20,000 nucleotides of DNA from an uncultured virus (IMG/VR IMGVR_UViG_3300025879_000013) (taxonomy: Duplodnaviria > Heunggongvirae > Uroviricota > Caudoviricetes): the IMG/VR virus record IMGVR_UViG_3300025879_000013. One strand, 5' to 3'. Position 1 is the first letter of the stretch. Each line of letters opens with the position of its first letter. The notes beneath the pieces are model-generated. The model did no database searches, was not told where the DNA came from, and was given only the letters and a program-made list of their open reading frames with translations. Shown piece after piece: positions 16,153-20,000 of the stretch. The position numbers and the translations under genes are program-made.

Positions 16153-16740
16153 ATGAGTGATTTAATGCAAAAATTAGCAATATCAAAACAGATAATGGAC
16201 AAACATAAAGAAACGCCAAGAGGTCAAGCACAAGGTAACATTAACCTAAATGAAAATGTTAATGCCACTTACAATATACCTCAAGAAGTGATGAACCAAA
16301 CACAACAACCTGTAGTTCAACAATCGGTAACAATGAACCATCCAGTATCAGAGGACGCAATTAAGAACTCAAAATTACCTGACGACATTAAAAAATTAAT
16401 GATGGAAAACCCAATAACTCAACCACAAATGGGTGGACCTGTATTGTCTAATGAGATAGTTGAAGGGGCAACAAGACTTATGAATCAAAATGGTGTAAAT
16501 AATCCTGTTACAGAATCAAGACCAAACATACCACAAAACACAACAACTAATAATTCCGATTTAAAACAAATGATTAGAGATGTTGTTCGTGATACAGTTA
16601 GAGATGTAGTAAAAGAAGAATTACAAAACGCGGGTCTTTTAAGTGAATCATCACAAAAAACAAATGAGACATTATCTCTTAGAGTTGGAAAACATATCTT
16701 CGAAGGAAAGGTATTGAAAATTAAAAAGGTAAAACAGTAA
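16153..16740 (+). CDS. Hypothetical Gln/Asn/Pro-rich protein
   Basis: 195-aa ORF with low-complexity linkers, a helical IRDVVRDTVRDVVKEEL repeat and a short C-terminal beta-hairpin (LRVGKHIFEGKV). Confidence 0.7.
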   Translation: MSDLMQKLAISKQIMDKHKETPRGQAQGNINLNENVNATYNIPQEVMNQTQQPVVQQSVTMNHPVSEDAIKNSKLPDDIKKLMMENPITQPQMGGPVLSNEIVEGATRLMNQNGVNNPVTESRPNIPQNTTTNNSDLKQMIRDVVRDTVRDVVKEELQNAGLLSESSQKTNETLSLRVGKHIFEGKVLKIKKVKQ

Positions 16741-16797
16741 TAGACCTTTTCTTATCCTATTTTTTTACTTATACTTTGTCTAAAACTTATTAAGTAT

Positions 16798-18003
16798 ATG
16801 GCAAAGATTAAAATATTAGTATTACCCTCAGACAGGACGGGGGTTGGTAAGTTTCGTTCCGTTGAACCACATATCTTCTTACAAAACAAATATCCTGAAG
16901 ACTTTCATGTAGATATAGACTACGAACCAAAAATTGATGACGATAATTATTGGAAGAATTACGACATCGTTCATTTCCACAGAACAATCACAAAAGATTA
17001 CGACAGCACACCAGCACTTATTGAAAAATTACATAAGTGGGGTATCGTAACTGTTGGTGATATTGATGATTATTGGTTACCAACAAAAGAACATCCAGCA
17101 TATGCGATGATTCTCAACAACAAACTACACCAAAAGATTACCGCTAATCTAAGAGCGGCACAATACATCACAACAACAACATCTATTTTCGCTCAAGAGA
17201 TTAAAAAACTTAACAAGAACGTTATTGTATTACCAAATTCAATCAACCCTAATGAGCCTCAGTTTCAGGCTAAGACAGAACCATCAGATAAATTACGATT
17301 TGGTTGGTTAGGTGGGTCATCTCACTTACATGATTTAAAATTATTAGGTGGAACTTTTAATCTTCTATCATCATTAAAAGACCAATATGATTTGTTCTTA
17401 TGTGGTTTTGATGTTCGTGGTAGTGTGACAGAAATAGACCAAAGAACAGGACAACAAAGACAAAGACCCATCAGACCCGAAGAAACTGTGTGGGCTAAAT
17501 ATGAAGAAATCTTCACATCTAAATATAATCTAATTGATGAGGATTATAAAAAATTCTTACTCACTTACAAACAAGAACCATATCCGAACGAAAAGTTTTA
17601 TCATAGAGTATGGACACAACCTGTAACTTCATATGCTAAGAATTACACTAAATTTGATGTATCGTTGGCACCAATTAAAAATCATTTATTTAATAGAATG
17701 AAATCACAACTTAAAGTTATTGAGGCGGGTTTCTACAAAAAGGCGATTATTGCTTCTAATATTGGACCATATACCATAGACTTGAAACATTCATTAAAAA
17801 ATGGTAATTTTGTTGATGGTAATGCACTGTTAGTCAATGAAAACAGAAATCATGGTGATTGGGCTAAGTTCATGAAAAAACTAATTAACAACCCAACATG
17901 GGCAGAAGATTTAGGTGAGAGACTTTATGAAACAGTAAAAGATACCTATAACTTAAATAATGTAACAGATACAAGAGCACAATTTTATAAATCCTTAGTA
18001 TAA
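16798..18003 (+). CDS. GT-B fold glycosyltransferase (GT4-like)
   Basis: GVGKFR, DIVHFHR, DIDDYW, VLPNSI, FGWLGGSSHLHDL, DVSLAPI..NRMKSQLKVIEAG..IIASNIGPY. Confidence 0.85.
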   Translation: MAKIKILVLPSDRTGVGKFRSVEPHIFLQNKYPEDFHVDIDYEPKIDDDNYWKNYDIVHFHRTITKDYDSTPALIEKLHKWGIVTVGDIDDYWLPTKEHPAYAMILNNKLHQKITANLRAAQYITTTTSIFAQEIKKLNKNVIVLPNSINPNEPQFQAKTEPSDKLRFGWLGGSSHLHDLKLLGGTFNLLSSLKDQYDLFLCGFDVRGSVTEIDQRTGQQRQRPIRPEETVWAKYEEIFTSKYNLIDEDYKKFLLTYKQEPYPNEKFYHRVWTQPVTSYAKNYTKFDVSLAPIKNHLFNRMKSQLKVIEAGFYKKAIIASNIGPYTIDLKHSLKNGNFVDGNALLVNENRNHGDWAKFMKKLINNPTWAEDLGERLYETVKDTYNLNNVTDTRAQFYKSLV

Positions 18004-18704
18004 TGATAAACGTACCGTTAAACAAACTTTTATTTTTCGACTTAGAAACAGTTGGAGTTGAAAAAGATTTACCAACATTAAGAAAAAACAGACCTGAACT
18101 CGCAAGATTATTTGAAAGTTATTTGGATTGGTTTGTTAAAAAGTATCCTGAACAAGAAGGTAATACACCCGAAGAAATATTCGTGAACAAAGCAGCGCTT
18201 GTTTCTGAGTTTTCAAAAATCATTGTCGCATCTTTTTCATTTATAACACCTAAAGGTGATATTCATACACAAACCTTCGCAGAAGACGATGAAAAAGATT
18301 TATTGTTACAGGTTAGAGATTTATTAAATAAAGTTGAAAAGTTAGATTTTTATCTATGTGGTCACAATATTAAGTTTTTTGACATACCAACATTAGGTAA
18401 AAGATTTTTAACACATGGAATACTACCCCCAAAAATTCTACCAAGTTATGAAACAAAACCGTGGGAGATTAAAGCTGTTGACACCAAAGAAGTATGGCAG
18501 TTCGGTAACAATTTTGGTATATCATCATTAGATTTAATGTGTGTATCCATGGGTATTGAAAGTCCAAAGACTGGTGAGGTTTCAGGTAATTTAGTTCACG
18601 ACACATATTGGAATGCAAATGGATTAACACCAATTGCCGAGTATTGTGAAAAAGATGTTAATGTTCTTGTTGAATTAATGAAAAAAATATACAACTTAAA
18701 ATAA
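18003..18704 (+). CDS. Stand-alone DnaQ-like (PolB-exo2 type) 3'-5' exonuclease
   Basis: FFDLETV (ExoI), LCGHNIKFFDIP (ExoII), KPWE..DT...W.FG, YCEKDV (ExoIII). Confidence 0.88.
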   Translation: MINVPLNKLLFFDLETVGVEKDLPTLRKNRPELARLFESYLDWFVKKYPEQEGNTPEEIFVNKAALVSEFSKIIVASFSFITPKGDIHTQTFAEDDEKDLLLQVRDLLNKVEKLDFYLCGHNIKFFDIPTLGKRFLTHGILPPKILPSYETKPWEIKAVDTKEVWQFGNNFGISSLDLMCVSMGIESPKTGEVSGNLVHDTYWNANGLTPIAEYCEKDVNVLVELMKKIYNLK

Positions 18705-18707
18705 AAT

Positions 18708-19307
18708 ATGTTTGAAAAATTAAAAAACCTAAGAGACGGAATGTCTCAACTAAACGAATTAAAAGAAAAGCTGGAATCTGCCGACATGACAGACCCAAAG
18801 TCAATTGCGGATTCATTTGGTATTGATTATGAACAGTTAGAAAAAGATTTTGAATCTCAATATCATAAAACACCTGAAATTGAATATGTTTATAAATCAG
18901 TTAACCCTGAACCAAAATACCATTATGGTAGTGATTCGGGTTTTGATTTAAGAGCAAATCAAAATCTAACATTAGAACCTTTTGAAAGAAAATTGGTTCC
19001 AACAGGATTATATATAAATGTTCCTGCAAGACACGAAGTTCAGGTCAGACCTAAGAGTGGTTTAGCTCTTAAAAAAGGACTTACGGTTCTTAATACACCC
19101 GGTACTGTTGATGAAGGGTATACGGGCGAAATAAAAGTTATTCTAATTAATCTAAGTCAAGAAACTCAAGTTATTGAATCGGGAGATAAAATTGCACAAG
19201 CGGTAATTTGTCCCGTGGTTCAAGGAAGAGACGTTATCTTGAAAAGAGTATTAGAAATAAAAGAAAAAGACAGAAACGAAAATGGATTTGGTTCAACTGG
19301 AAACTAA
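18708..19307 (+). CDS. dut: Trimeric dUTPase with N-terminal helical extension
   Basis: All five motifs present: SGFDL, PKSG, GTVDEGYTGEI, KIAQAV, RNENGFGSTG. Confidence 0.93.
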   Translation: MFEKLKNLRDGMSQLNELKEKLESADMTDPKSIADSFGIDYEQLEKDFESQYHKTPEIEYVYKSVNPEPKYHYGSDSGFDLRANQNLTLEPFERKLVPTGLYINVPARHEVQVRPKSGLALKKGLTVLNTPGTVDEGYTGEIKVILINLSQETQVIESGDKIAQAVICPVVQGRDVILKRVLEIKEKDRNENGFGSTGN

Positions 19308-19686
19308 TACAAGTCCTGTATTAGCAGACGGAAGAAAGAATTATTTGATTGACATTGACGGCACAATAACAGACGATGTGCCCAATGAAGAACCTGAAAG
19401 AATGGAAAGTTGTCTTCCATATTCAGGGTCCATTGATATTATTAATGGATGGTATGAAGAAGGTCATATTATTACTTTCTTCACTTCTAGAACTGAAGAA
19501 CACCGTGAGGTGACAGAAAATTGGTTCAAAAAACATGGTTTTAAATACCATAATTTATTAATGAATAAACCACGTGGTGGTAACTATCATTGGATAGATA
19601 ATCATATTGTTAGAGGAACTCGTTATAATGGTAAATGGACACCTTTAACAGAAAAAGAAACCACGATACAAGTATTTGACGATTAA
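19282..19686 (+). CDS. Small HAD-superfamily phosphatase
   Basis: LIDIDGT (motif I), FFTSR (II), MNKP (III), WIDN (IV); cap-less size; start overlaps the dUTPase end by 26 bp. Confidence 0.85.
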   Translation: MDLVQLETNTSPVLADGRKNYLIDIDGTITDDVPNEEPERMESCLPYSGSIDIINGWYEEGHIITFFTSRTEEHREVTENWFKKHGFKYHNLLMNKPRGGNYHWIDNHIVRGTRYNGKWTPLTEKETTIQVFDD

Positions 19687-20000
19687 TGATAACAATAGGA
19701 TATAGCACAAAGAAAATAGACCCTGAATTTAGAGAGTATATCGAGAAATCATGTGGATTAAAAAACGTTGAAGTAATCCCATTTGAAAACCCTGGCACTC
19801 ATTCATTGACCGAAGCATATAATATCATTCTTGAGAAATCGAGCAATGATATTGTCGTTTTATGTCATGATGACATCTACTTCGAGAAAAATAATTGGGG
19901 TAACAAAATATTAAAACATTTTAAAAGAAATCCTGAATACGGTATTATTGGTGCTGCTGGTTCCAAATATATGCCGAGAACGGGGATGTGGTGGGAAGTT
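19686..20000 (+). CDS. GT-A fold (GT2-like) glycosyltransferase, 3'-truncated; absent from the supplied ORF track
   Basis: Manual translation from the TAATG overlap: MITIGYSTKKIDPEFREYIEKSCGLKNVEVIPFENPGTHSLTEAYNIILEKSSNDIVVLCHDDIYF...YGIIGAAG...WWEV. Open to the window end, with SL..AYN and VVLCHDD (DxD-like) motifs. Confidence 0.82.
   Translation, partial: MITIGYSTKKIDPEFREYIEKSCGLKNVEVIPFENPGTHSLTEAYNIILEKSSNDIVVLCHDDIYFEKNNWGNKILKHFKRNPEYGIIGAAGSKYMPRTGMWWEV

Noticed and set aside
1..20000. Stop-codon reassignment (TAG is never used as a stop in the called genes)
   Set aside because: All recognisable genes are full length and tile the window under the standard code, so no recoding is needed; TAA preference fits the low GC content.

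Overview
AT-rich, gene-dense 20 kb segment that reads as part of a large tailed (probably jumbo/myo-like) bacteriophage genome, translated with the standard code. The likely host is Bacteroidota/Flavobacteriia (inference from the lack of Shine-Dalgarno motifs and Bacteroidota-like enzyme sequences). Left to right it holds: a 5'-truncated SNF2-family helicase; a Mn-type superoxide dismutase fused to a C-terminal PD-(D/E)xK-like domain; a T4 gp13-like neck protein; a small beta-rich protein; a minus-strand family B DNA polymerase; and a minus-strand virion-accessory cluster (BppU-like adaptor; a 1421-aa fibre with a paralogous adaptor domain, mucin-like Pro/Thr/Ser stalks, Cys modules and an ALK/LTK-like Gly-rich tip; a Cys-rich LamG-like protein). 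A divergent plus-strand operon of small proteins follows, including a stand-alone WYL domain, then a GT-B glycosyltransferase / DnaQ exonuclease / dUTPase / HAD phosphatase / GT-A glycosyltransferase cluster. A TATTTAT motif precedes five putative late genes, while a different TATnnTTTGT element precedes the polymerase and the glycosyltransferase operon. The most notable candidates are (i) late-expressed, possibly capsid-packaged and protease-processed cargo (SOD-nuclease fusion, lone WYL) and (ii) a possibly glycosylated mucin-like virion fibre with its own glycosyltransferases. All family calls come from motif recognition by eye; no searches were run.
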